Below, in pieces: positions 7,981-15,493 of a stretch of 16,852 nucleotides of DNA; position 1 is the stretch's first letter, and the number at the start of each line of letters is the position of its first letter. The stretch is from Candidatus Micrarchaeota archaeon (GTDB taxonomy: Archaea; Micrarchaeota; Micrarchaeia; Micrarchaeales; CABMGC01). The notes beneath the pieces were generated by a model. The model made no database searches. It was not told the origin of the DNA and worked only from the letters and a program-made list of their open reading frames with translations. A program made the translations under genes and the position numbers. Where the stretch lies: contig DAHVMJ010000016.1 of NCBI GenBank assembly GCA_027319905.1, positions 1 through 16,852 of the forward strand, written 5' to 3'.

Positions 7981-8256
7981 ATGCTCATGGGGAAGCAGAA
8001 GCTGGAGACGTTAAGTTTTATTCTCAAACCCTTTGTGCTTGATGTTCTGCGCGAATTGAAAAATGGGCCGAAGAGGTTTAGTGACCTCAAAAAGTGCGTT
8101 AAGAATGACAGAACCCTGTCATTGAAACTGGCCAAGTTACAAGACTACAAGCTTGTATCCGTAGCGCACATGAAAGCAGAAAAAGGGTACGCTAACTTCT
8201 ACGTTCTTTCCAAGAAGGGCAGGCGGACGCTAGATGCGGTGGAAAAGATAGGGTGA
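7981..8256 (+). CDS. HxlR/ArsR-type winged-helix transcriptional regulator
   Basis: VLRELKNGPKRFSDL...DRTLSLKLAKLQDYKLV...FYVLSKKG pattern; 91 aa. Confidence 0.85.
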   Translation: MLMGKQKLETLSFILKPFVLDVLRELKNGPKRFSDLKKCVKNDRTLSLKLAKLQDYKLVSVAHMKAEKGYANFYVLSKKGRRTLDAVEKIG

Positions 8257-8265
8257 GGAAACAGC

Positions 8266-9183
8266 ATGCCAGAAATCTATCTAATGCCAATAGGCAAAAC
8301 TGAAGCGCGAGAACACATGAGCAGCACGCTGTTAAATCCGGTATCCAAAACGTTGGTGTCTGGATACTTAAACCAACCCGATATGGACGTGCTTAATGGC
8401 CTTTATTCGGATGCAGATATGCCAATGTGGGGTTTTCAACCAGGACGCGTAAACACATCGGATTGGGAAAAACTTGCGAGTGGAGATTATGCCATATTTG
8501 TCCCATCTAAAGATGACCTATTAGTAACCCGGGTTGTGTACAAAGCAAGAGATCAACGACTAGCAAAACAGTTGTGGAGCGTTGACAGAAATGGAAATAC
8601 ATGGGAACTGATATTCTTTGTAAAAATACTTGCAATACTTCAGCTAGGAAAGAGAGGCCTGCTAAACAGACTAGGATATACGAATGAGCGTGATCCTCTA
8701 CAAGGCCATAGGAAAGTGACAGAGAAGTTTATCCAAGCTTACGACTCGATCCCTGATTTTATAAGAGCTAATTCCGAAGCCCAGGTCTCTGTTGAATCTT
8801 TCAGCCAAGAAACGACGGACAAACTCATTGATGAGACTATTCCGAAGAAGAGCAGACTGGATGAGATAAAGAAAAAACTTGACGAAACAAGCGATGCGAC
8901 CGAATTTGTAGAGATACGTAGCAAAAAGATCAAGAGGAACCAGCTTGTCGTGATTTATGCCAAAGAGAAAGCGGGTTACAGATGCCAGGCTTGCGGTTTT
9001 AGCTTCACAAAGAGAGATGGAACGAAATACGTTGAAGCCGCACATATTAAGGGACTGGGGGAAGGCGGCGCGGACAATCCAGATAACGTTGTTGCGCTCT
9101 GCGCTAATTGCCATAAGAAGCTAGACAAAGGAAACACAGAAGCCAGAAATGAAGTTCTTAAGTCGCTAAATCTACAAGCGTGA
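8266..9183 (+). CDS. HNH endonuclease (McrA-like) with an N-terminal PUA/EVE-like domain; candidate modification-dependent restriction enzyme
   Basis: C-terminal CQAC...YVEAAHIKGLGEGGADNPDNVVALCANCHKKLD; N-terminal WG...N...W..L..GDYAIF pattern. Confidence 0.82.
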   Translation: MPEIYLMPIGKTEAREHMSSTLLNPVSKTLVSGYLNQPDMDVLNGLYSDADMPMWGFQPGRVNTSDWEKLASGDYAIFVPSKDDLLVTRVVYKARDQRLAKQLWSVDRNGNTWELIFFVKILAILQLGKRGLLNRLGYTNERDPLQGHRKVTEKFIQAYDSIPDFIRANSEAQVSVESFSQETTDKLIDETIPKKSRLDEIKKKLDETSDATEFVEIRSKKIKRNQLVVIYAKEKAGYRCQACGFSFTKRDGTKYVEAAHIKGLGEGGADNPDNVVALCANCHKKLDKGNTEARNEVLKSLNLQA

Positions 9184-9391
9184 AATTTGTTCATTTGCCA
9201 AAAATAGGAGAGATCTCCCTTCGCGATGGATCGCAAGCAGATACTCAAGATACTGAACCAGTCACCCACTTACGTTCAGAGGCGGGACATTAGAAAAGGA
9301 TTTGAATTCGTTTATAAGCAGTAGCCCTGCAATACAAATAAATAGCTTGCTTTCCATTCTTCTTTAAGGGAAAGGGGGTACTCTGGTAAGG

Positions 9392-10093
9392 TTGATTATT
9401 GACTATTTCTCAAATCCAAAACTAAAGGAGGCCATACCTTCCGAACTTCTCGATACACTCAAAAGTTATGAGGAACATTACAAGAAATATAAAAGAAGCA
9501 AAAAGGATTTCATTACCGAGAATGACGACGTCCTGAATTCTGGAGATATGAACGATGCTTTTTACAATTTTGAAAAGGAATTAAAGGAATACGGAAAGAA
9601 AAAGTACAAACAAGAAAAGCTACTCCACAAACTAACTTTTGTTAAAGGAAAATGCGAGTTTTGTTCAAGGAGCAATACGGACGGTGCACACATAATAGAG
9701 AAAAACAAGGTTAGGCACGTCAGGGATCTCAAAAAGTACAAGTTTCTATTAGACCACCCAGCTAACCAGCTTTCAGCATGTAAACTGCACCACTACGCGC
9801 CATACTTAGATAGAACTAGGTCGCTAGATGGCGGATATGACGATGGGAAGCTTTCTCGCAGAGAAAAACGAGCTGTGAAGAAGTTCAATAGGAGATTGCT
9901 ACCTGCTTTTGTAAGGAAAAGGAAAACAGAAAATAGAAATCTAGTAAGTGCAGCGAAAGAAGATATAGACAGAATGAGAGATATGACGAAAAACTTGAAT
10001 ACGTTCAACTACGAAGTCAATGATAAGGCAATGGAATTGAAAGGCGAATTGACAGAATATGCCAACAAGAAATTCGAACAAATAGTATACTAA
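9392..10093 (+). CDS. Zn-binding HNH-like nuclease with helical flanks
   Basis: CEFC...DGAHII...HPANQLSACKLHH...D. TTG start, uncertain. Confidence 0.62.
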   Translation: MIIDYFSNPKLKEAIPSELLDTLKSYEEHYKKYKRSKKDFITENDDVLNSGDMNDAFYNFEKELKEYGKKKYKQEKLLHKLTFVKGKCEFCSRSNTDGAHIIEKNKVRHVRDLKKYKFLLDHPANQLSACKLHHYAPYLDRTRSLDGGYDDGKLSRREKRAVKKFNRRLLPAFVRKRKTENRNLVSAAKEDIDRMRDMTKNLNTFNYEVNDKAMELKGELTEYANKKFEQIVY

Positions 10094-10104
10094 AGATGAT
10101 ATGA

Positions 10105-10263
10105 ATGGCAAAACGAGTTAGCTTTTACGTAAAAAAGAAGGTACGAAGAAGAGTCAAATTTATGAAGGACGGCAGAGAAGTTTCCTTTATGGCTAATGTA
10201 CCTTCTAAAAGGAGAAAGAAACTGACGTTCTACACAACCAAAAAGAGGCGAAGACGTGAGTGA
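10105..10263 (+). CDS. Very basic 52-aa microprotein, probably nucleic-acid binding
   Basis: Not in the track. MAKRVSFYVKKKVRRRVKFMKDGREVSFMANVPSKRRKKLTFYTTKKRRRRE; 22/52 K+R; four V/L-x-F repeats; starts 11 nt after the upstream stop and overlaps the next start. Confidence 0.7.
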   Translation: MAKRVSFYVKKKVRRRVKFMKDGREVSFMANVPSKRRKKLTFYTTKKRRRRE

Positions 10264-10390
10264 AGCTAAACAACGAAAGTGCGCTTATTGTAATGGGAAA
10301 GGTAAAGTGCCGGGTGGACTGATGGGTGCATCATGGGATATATGTCCTGTTTGCAAAGGGAAAGGCTGGAACCGGATGAAAGGTCGCTGA
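10256..10390 (+). CDS. 44-aa DnaJ-type (CxxCxGxG x2) zinc-finger microprotein
   Basis: Not in the track. GTG start; MSEAKQRKCAYCNGKGKVPGGLMGASWDICPVCKGKGWNRMKGR; 8-nt overlap with the upstream ORF. Confidence 0.78.
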   Translation: MSEAKQRKCAYCNGKGKVPGGLMGASWDICPVCKGKGWNRMKGR

Positions 10391-10413
10391 CACTTTCCAA
10401 AGAGTAGGTCAGT

Positions 10414-11145
10414 ATGTCCAAACAAGACGTTAGTTTTAGTGATTTAACACCAACGCAGCAATTGCTCGTGCTTGCCATTCTCGGAATAATCTTGTTCTAT
10501 GTGTTCGTACTGCCTCCTTTGGTTGCATGGCTTAACCAGAACTGGCTGTGGATAGTGATTGTTATCATAGTTGTGGCCGTAATTGTCGGATATATGCTTT
10601 ATAGGAGATACCAAGCAGAACAGATTGAAAGACAAAAAGAAATCGCATTCATAAGAGAACAGCACGCAAAAGGATTAGAGCAATTTATCGATAGACAGGG
10701 AAATGTTAAGTGGGGAAAGCCCAGTCAGGTTTCTAAATGGAAGAAAGAAGGTGAACTGGCCGCAGAAAAAGAAAGTCTTACTGCTCGTATAGTAGAAGAA
10801 ATAGGGAAGTTTAAACCTGCGCGAGCACGCTTGGGGCATGAATTCAGTTATCAGCTAAATCTCCACGGATATTTGTCAAAGACATTCCCACAAGCTGTTA
10901 TAGAACGGCAGAAAGGATCATCTCGTCCGGACATTGTTATTGACGATGTTGCAATAGAAATTAAGGGACCGACAGGCAAGCCAGAGTTACAAACCATAGC
11001 TGACAAGCTCCTTCGCTATCCGCAGCACTATAAGGAGGTAATAGTGGTTTTATTTGAAATGCAGCACATAAACCAACGGTACTACACTGAATGGAGAGGT
11101 GGATTGAAAGCAAAGTATCCGAATGTGAAGATAATTGAAAGGTAG
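10414..11145 (+). CDS. Membrane-anchored PD-(D/E)XK nuclease
   Basis: Two N-terminal TM helices, a charged linker, then HEFSYQ...ERQKGSSRPDIVIDDVAIEIKG (PD...ExK). Confidence 0.78.
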   Translation: MSKQDVSFSDLTPTQQLLVLAILGIILFYVFVLPPLVAWLNQNWLWIVIVIIVVAVIVGYMLYRRYQAEQIERQKEIAFIREQHAKGLEQFIDRQGNVKWGKPSQVSKWKKEGELAAEKESLTARIVEEIGKFKPARARLGHEFSYQLNLHGYLSKTFPQAVIERQKGSSRPDIVIDDVAIEIKGPTGKPELQTIADKLLRYPQHYKEVIVVLFEMQHINQRYYTEWRGGLKAKYPNVKIIER

Positions 11146-11175
11146 GAGGCGCATAGTAAGAAGATAATGTAAAAG

Positions 11176-11391
11176 ATGAGGAACGTGAGTTTTATATCAG
11201 ACTTATTTAAGCCGAAACGGCTGATTTGCTATTACTGCAACGGACGACTGGAAGAAGGAGAATCCAGAGTCATAACTAGAAAAGAAGTAGAAGAAAGGTT
11301 TCTTTGCAGGTATTGCCACTAGATTTTCTGCACAAAACACATTGGCTACAGGGATCACGGTTGCTCTAAAGCACCAAAACAAGTAACATAA
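11176..11391 (+). pseudogene. AN1-type zinc-finger microprotein interrupted by an in-frame TAG at 11320-11322 (pseudogene, sequence error or readthrough)
   Basis: MRNVSFISDLFKPKRLICYYC...FLCRYCH*IFCTKHIGYRDHGCSKAPKQVT*. The AN1 spacing C-x2-C-x4-C-x2-H-x5-H-x-C is preserved across the stop. Confidence 0.72.
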
Positions 11392-11428
11392 ACCATCTGC
11401 TTTTAAGATTTAATCTCTAAAGAAAACC

Positions 11429-12736
11429 ATGGTTAATCAAGAGCTTTATAAAAGGGCCAAAGATTTTGTTATCGCTTCATTAAATATTCTAGAAAAAAAT
11501 GCGAAACAAGGAATAGTTGTATCCAAACGCAAAATAACTATAAGGATATTTGAAGAGAATGGCGGAATGCAACTAGCAGAGAAAGACTCTCCACTATACG
11601 AGTCTAATGCATTTGTTGATGCGTTCGGAGGAGAAGTCTATAACTCTGATGCAGCAAAAGCATTAGCGGATTTCTTATTGGAAAGTAAATCAGTATCTGG
11701 TTCCACGAAAGATGAAAAAGAATTGGAAAGCCAAAATTGGAGTATACGCCACAACCATCTACGTTCATTTTTAACAGGCTATATCGACAGAGTAGGGTCA
11801 CTTAAATTAGACGATGGAGAATTTGATAAAAGCTACAAAGAATTTGAGGAATATTTTTCATCTACAAAATCAAGCTATGTTGCAATAGCTCCATTGAACA
11901 ACTTTGAATCTGAAAGTTCAGAGATTGATTTTGGAAATGGTTTAAAAATCAGACAGATTACAGAAAACGAATTTGATTTGTTGCATCGTATAGCAACTAA
12001 TAATCACAGTTCCTTCGGTGGGTTTTCTTTCCCTGAAATTCTGGGAGTTAAGTATGTACTGGAACTGCAATATGAAGCAAATAAGAACAGCTATGGGGGT
12101 GAATATGGGAGACCCTTTGAGATGCTAATTTCTGCTTTGCGAATATACAAATCGGGGCAAGTAAGATATAACACGACTGTAGTACGGGCAGGGGGTTGGC
12201 AGCCTTATGGAGGAATAGTGACGACCAGCAATACAGAAAAAAAGATGTTATTTGGAGATTTATATAAAGTGGATGCACAAGAAACTACTGAGCTAAAAGA
12301 GTTCTGGAACATTTTTAAGCAATTTGACTTTAACCGAAATAAATTTCTCGATATTGCAATAATGAGATTAAACTATGCTTATGAAAGGCCGAAGTTAGAA
12401 GACAAACTGATAGATTTTTTTATTAGTTTAGAGGCAATGTTTTTGACTGGTAGTGAAAAATCAGAGTTAAGATATAGGTTGGCTATACGCATGGCTAAAT
12501 TTTTAGGCACTACTCCGGAGAATAAGAACCAAATTTTTGGGGATATTAAAAAAGCATATCGGTTAAGGAGTGAGGTTGTACATGGAGTAAGTGTGATCAA
12601 TCAACAAGAGGTATCTGGCTTAACTCCGAAAATCGAAAATTATACAAGACGTTCGATAAGAGATTTCATAGATGAGCTAAAAACAAAATCTTACGAGACC
12701 ATAATGTCTAATTTGGACACAACTATATTTACATAA
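11429..12736 (+). CDS. ApeA-like HEPN domain protein (putative anti-viral RNase)
   Basis: LDIAIMRLNYAY...DKLIDFFISLEAMF...ELRYRLAIR...KKAYRLRSEVVHG with RxxxxH at 12566-12583, and a long N-terminal domain. Confidence 0.82.
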   Translation: MVNQELYKRAKDFVIASLNILEKNAKQGIVVSKRKITIRIFEENGGMQLAEKDSPLYESNAFVDAFGGEVYNSDAAKALADFLLESKSVSGSTKDEKELESQNWSIRHNHLRSFLTGYIDRVGSLKLDDGEFDKSYKEFEEYFSSTKSSYVAIAPLNNFESESSEIDFGNGLKIRQITENEFDLLHRIATNNHSSFGGFSFPEILGVKYVLELQYEANKNSYGGEYGRPFEMLISALRIYKSGQVRYNTTVVRAGGWQPYGGIVTTSNTEKKMLFGDLYKVDAQETTELKEFWNIFKQFDFNRNKFLDIAIMRLNYAYERPKLEDKLIDFFISLEAMFLTGSEKSELRYRLAIRMAKFLGTTPENKNQIFGDIKKAYRLRSEVVHGVSVINQQEVSGLTPKIENYTRRSIRDFIDELKTKSYETIMSNLDTTIFT

Positions 12737-12873
12737 AACGTCCGTTTCTTGCTCCTCCGACGCTTTCTTTATCTCAGAGGGTCCGATACCTTATCGCTTG
12801 TAACCTCCTGGGGCTTTGAACTTCCTGTTCCTCTTTCCATAGCCCTCAAAAGCTTTCCCTTCCCTATACCTGC

Positions 12874-13740
12874 ATGCTTCCAGACTGGCTCACGATCGAA
12901 CCCGCGAACACGGAGAAGTACGGAGAGATAAAGGACACGATAAGCAGGCTGGGCCTGCACACCGTATGCGTGGAGGCGCACTGCCCCAACATAACCGAGT
13001 GCTGGAGCGCCGGCACGGCCACGTTCATGGTTCTTGGCGAGCTCTGCACCCGCGGCTGCAGGTTCTGCGCGGTGCACAAGAGCGCGATAGGACAGGAGAC
13101 GGACAAGCTCGAGCCCGTTAAGCTTGCGCAGGTGATAAAGAAGTGGGGACTGGACTACGTGGTGCTCACCTCCGTATGCCGCGACGATCTTCCGGACCAG
13201 GGCGCCGGGCACTTCGCCGCATGCGTCAGGGAGATAAAGAGAGTATGCCCGGACACGCTGGTCGAGCTCCTCATACCTGACTTCGGAGGCGATGCCTCGC
13301 GCCTGCAGCAGATAGTGGACTCGAGGCCTGATGTCATAGGGCACAACATAGAGACGGTTGAGAGGCTATCGCCCAGCATAAGGGACAGGAGAGCCGATTA
13401 CAGGCAGTCGCTGCGCGTCCTCGAGACCGTGAAGCAGCTTGACAGGCGCATCTACACCAAGTCTGCCATGATGCTGGGCGTCGGCGAGACCGAGGAGGAG
13501 ATACTAGCCTCGCTGCGCGACCTCAGGGCATCGGGCGTGGACTTCATGGCCATGGGCCAGTACCTCAGGCCGACGCAGCACCACTACGAGGTGAAGGAGT
13601 ATGTTCGTCCAGAGAAGTTCGAGCGCCTAAAGAAGAAGGCCCTGGAGCTTGGCTTCCTCTATGTTGCCTCCGGTCCCTTCGTCAGGAGCTCGTACAAGGC
13701 GGGCGAGTTCTTCATGAAGAGGCTGGTACAAAACAGATGA
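12874..13740 (+). CDS. lipA: Lipoyl synthase (radical SAM)
   Basis: CVEAHCPNITEC auxiliary-cluster motif, CTRGCRFC radical SAM motif, HNIETV, GQYLRP, RSSY. Confidence 0.97.
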   Translation: MLPDWLTIEPANTEKYGEIKDTISRLGLHTVCVEAHCPNITECWSAGTATFMVLGELCTRGCRFCAVHKSAIGQETDKLEPVKLAQVIKKWGLDYVVLTSVCRDDLPDQGAGHFAACVREIKRVCPDTLVELLIPDFGGDASRLQQIVDSRPDVIGHNIETVERLSPSIRDRRADYRQSLRVLETVKQLDRRIYTKSAMMLGVGETEEEILASLRDLRASGVDFMAMGQYLRPTQHHYEVKEYVRPEKFERLKKKALELGFLYVASGPFVRSSYKAGEFFMKRLVQNR

Positions 13741-13766
13741 AGGAGATAGACTACAACAGATATGTT

Positions 13767-13795
13767 TATATATCAATTTGATATATATTGATATA
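13767..13795. promoter_or_regulatory. Palindrome TATATATCAA-T-TTGATATATA plus an extra TTGATATA half-site overlapping the TATA region; candidate operator
   Basis: Perfect 10-bp arms at 13767-13787 and a third half-site at 13788-13795, just upstream of ATG 13803. Confidence 0.55.
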
Positions 13796-13802
13796 CGATT
13801 AT

Positions 13803-14072
13803 ATGGAACGCGCGCAGACGCAGATAATGCACTCGCCAACGCTTGACACGGTACTGATGGTGGAGCGCACGCTGCAGGACGCGAAGGAGCTGATCAAGGT
13901 AGCTGAGCTGAAGAGGAGGCTGCCCAGGAAGGTGATGCACCAGACGCTGATGCGCATCCTAGACTACCTTCAGGCGAGCGGCAAGATACTCGTTACCGCG
14001 AGGGGCGTGGTCTGGACCTACACGCCGCACGAAGCGATGGAGAAGTTGGCGAACAGAGGCTTAAAGCCATGA
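13803..14072 (+). CDS. Small archaeal winged-helix-like DNA-binding protein (uncharacterised family)
   Basis: PTLDTVLMVE...VAELKRRLPRKVMHQTLMRILDYLQASGKI. ATG 13803 preferred over TTG 13788. Confidence 0.7.
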   Translation: MERAQTQIMHSPTLDTVLMVERTLQDAKELIKVAELKRRLPRKVMHQTLMRILDYLQASGKILVTARGVVWTYTPHEAMEKLANRGLKP

Positions 14073-14120
14073 AACGGAAGATAAGGAACGCAATGGTTAT
14101 AAGTCTGCATTGAGTAATAT

Positions 14121-14339
14121 ATGATGACGGCCATGGCGATTAGATTTAATGTGATAGTAGAAAGGGATGAGGACGGCATGTATGTCGCTAAAGTGCCGGA
14201 TCTGCCCGGATGCGCTACCGAAGGCAGGACAAAGAAGGAACTGATGAGGAATGTAAGGGAAGCAATACAGGCGTACTTGGAATCATTGAAAAAGCACGGT
14301 GACCCTGTTCCTGTGTCAATGGTGCAGGTAAGTGTCTAG
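14121..14339 (+). CDS. hicB: HicB family antitoxin (short, no DNA-binding domain)
   Basis: FNVIVERDEDGMYVAKVPDLPGCATEGRTKKELMRNVREAIQAYL. Confidence 0.93.
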   Translation: MMTAMAIRFNVIVERDEDGMYVAKVPDLPGCATEGRTKKELMRNVREAIQAYLESLKKHGDPVPVSMVQVSV

Positions 14340-14589
14340 GCTCCTGCCGCTGAACTACGATAGAGTGCTCAAGGCTTTGAGCAGAATGGGCTACGTCTTC
14401 AACCATCAGCGTGGCAGCCACATAGTAGTGCGCCTTGACCGTAAGGAAAAATATGTTTCTATCTTTGGGGAAAGGAAACCAGACACAATGATAGTGGTTC
14501 CGGCTCATAGACCAATCGGCAGAGGAATGGTAAGAACCATAATCAGGGAAGCTGGCTTATCTGTCGACGAATTCAATAAATTGCTGTAA
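14332..14589 (+). CDS. hicA: HicA family mRNA interferase toxin
   Basis: VLKALSRMGY...QRGSH...VVPAH...GMVRTIIREAGLSVDEF; 8-nt overlap with hicB. Confidence 0.92.
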   Translation: MSRLLPLNYDRVLKALSRMGYVFNHQRGSHIVVRLDRKEKYVSIFGERKPDTMIVVPAHRPIGRGMVRTIIREAGLSVDEFNKLL

Positions 14590-14604
14590 AACTATAGGTG
14601 AGAT

Positions 14605-15492
14605 ATGAAGGTTGGCATTGCGAGGATGGGTGACCTGCGCAGTGCGTCAACCCCGCGCAGGCTGCACTCGAACAAGCGCACGAACGGCCGTATATTAATA
14701 ATCGGAGGCAGCTACAGGTTCCACGGCGCACCCGTGCTGGTCTCCAATGCTGCTTACCTCACCCTCGCCGCGATGCGCGTAGGTACAGGCTACGCGATAA
14801 CCTGCGTGCCCAAGAGCATACTCTCGCCCGTGCGGAAGCTCTCACCGAATCTCATAGTCAGGCCGCTTAGCGGAGAGAATCTCGGCAGCAGGGACCTGCC
14901 AGAACTCAGGGGTGAGGTAGAACGGGCAGACTGCATAGTCATCGGACCGGGGCTTGGAAGGTCTGCGGCCACTCTACATGCCGTAGCAAAGCTCATCTCA
15001 TACTGCCTCAAGCTAGACAAGAAGCTACTGCTAGATGCCGACGCCATCCTTGCCGTGGGCGCCGTTCACAGGAAACTAGGAAGCAACGCGCTGATAACCC
15101 CCAACGACTCCGAGTTCCACCGACTGAGCAAGGCCAAACTGACCGACAGAGATGCGCGCGTCGAGGCCGCGAAGCGGCTAGCACTCAAGCTCGGGACCAA
15201 CGTGCTGCTCAAGGGGCACGCAACGGTCATTACTGATGGCAAGCGGGCCAAGATCGTGGAACCCAAGACCGCCACGCTCGCCACGATGGGTACAGGCGAC
15301 GTGCTCTCAGGCATAATTGGAGGGTACATGGCGCTTAATGGCAATGTCTTCCTGTCCGCGTGCGCCGGAGCCTACCTGCAGGCAATGGTTGGAGACCTGC
15401 TATACAAGGAGAAGGGCTACCACGCGATTGCTACTGATGTGCTGGACTATATTCCTAGGATACTGAAGAAGTACGACAGAACGGTTTCATAG
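14605..15492 (+). CDS. nnrD: ADP/ATP-dependent NAD(P)H-hydrate dehydratase (YjeF C-terminal family)
   Basis: NKRTNGRILIIGGS, IGPGLG, LLDADA, ITPN..EF, LLKG, GTGDVLSG. Confidence 0.93.
   Translation: MKVGIARMGDLRSASTPRRLHSNKRTNGRILIIGGSYRFHGAPVLVSNAAYLTLAAMRVGTGYAITCVPKSILSPVRKLSPNLIVRPLSGENLGSRDLPELRGEVERADCIVIGPGLGRSAATLHAVAKLISYCLKLDKKLLLDADAILAVGAVHRKLGSNALITPNDSEFHRLSKAKLTDRDARVEAAKRLALKLGTNVLLKGHATVITDGKRAKIVEPKTATLATMGTGDVLSGIIGGYMALNGNVFLSACAGAYLQAMVGDLLYKEKGYHAIATDVLDYIPRILKKYDRTVS
15457..15492 (+). repeat. Direct repeat copy 1 (nnrD 3' end); core GATACTGAAGAAGTACGACAG at 15459-15479
   Basis: 21-bp exact match to 16087-16107. Confidence 0.88.
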
Positions 15493-15493
15493 C

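Larger units (their letters stand above)
2023..12870. mobile_element. Accessory/defence-like genomic island; no mobility gene seen, boundaries approximate
   Basis: GC drops sharply (spot counts: 41/60 GC at 1141-1200 vs 16/60 at 3481-3540 and at 11461-11520). Dense cluster of HEPN, HNH, PD-(D/E)XK, GHKL and MazG genes between nre and lipA. The ATPase at 3718-5850 is a GC-rich exception. Confidence 0.65.

Noticed and set aside
9226..9324. 32-aa ORF MDRKQILKILNQSPTYVQRRDIRKGFEFVYKQ in the gap between the HNH genes
   Set aside because: No motif or coupling evidence. It may be a gene remnant, but it cannot be supported as a feature.
2170..12736. Island-wide reassignment of TAG (alternative genetic code)
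   Set aside because: The long island ORFs contain no internal TAG, and several genes end plausibly at TAG (3015, 3028, 11145, 15492, 16036). Only one internal TAG was found.
12737..12873. Pyrimidine-rich gap before lipA as an ncRNA or a 23-aa minus-strand ORF (MERGTGSSKPQEVTSDKVSDPLR)
   Set aside because: No tRNA cloverleaf or recognisable structured-RNA motif, and the peptide is featureless.
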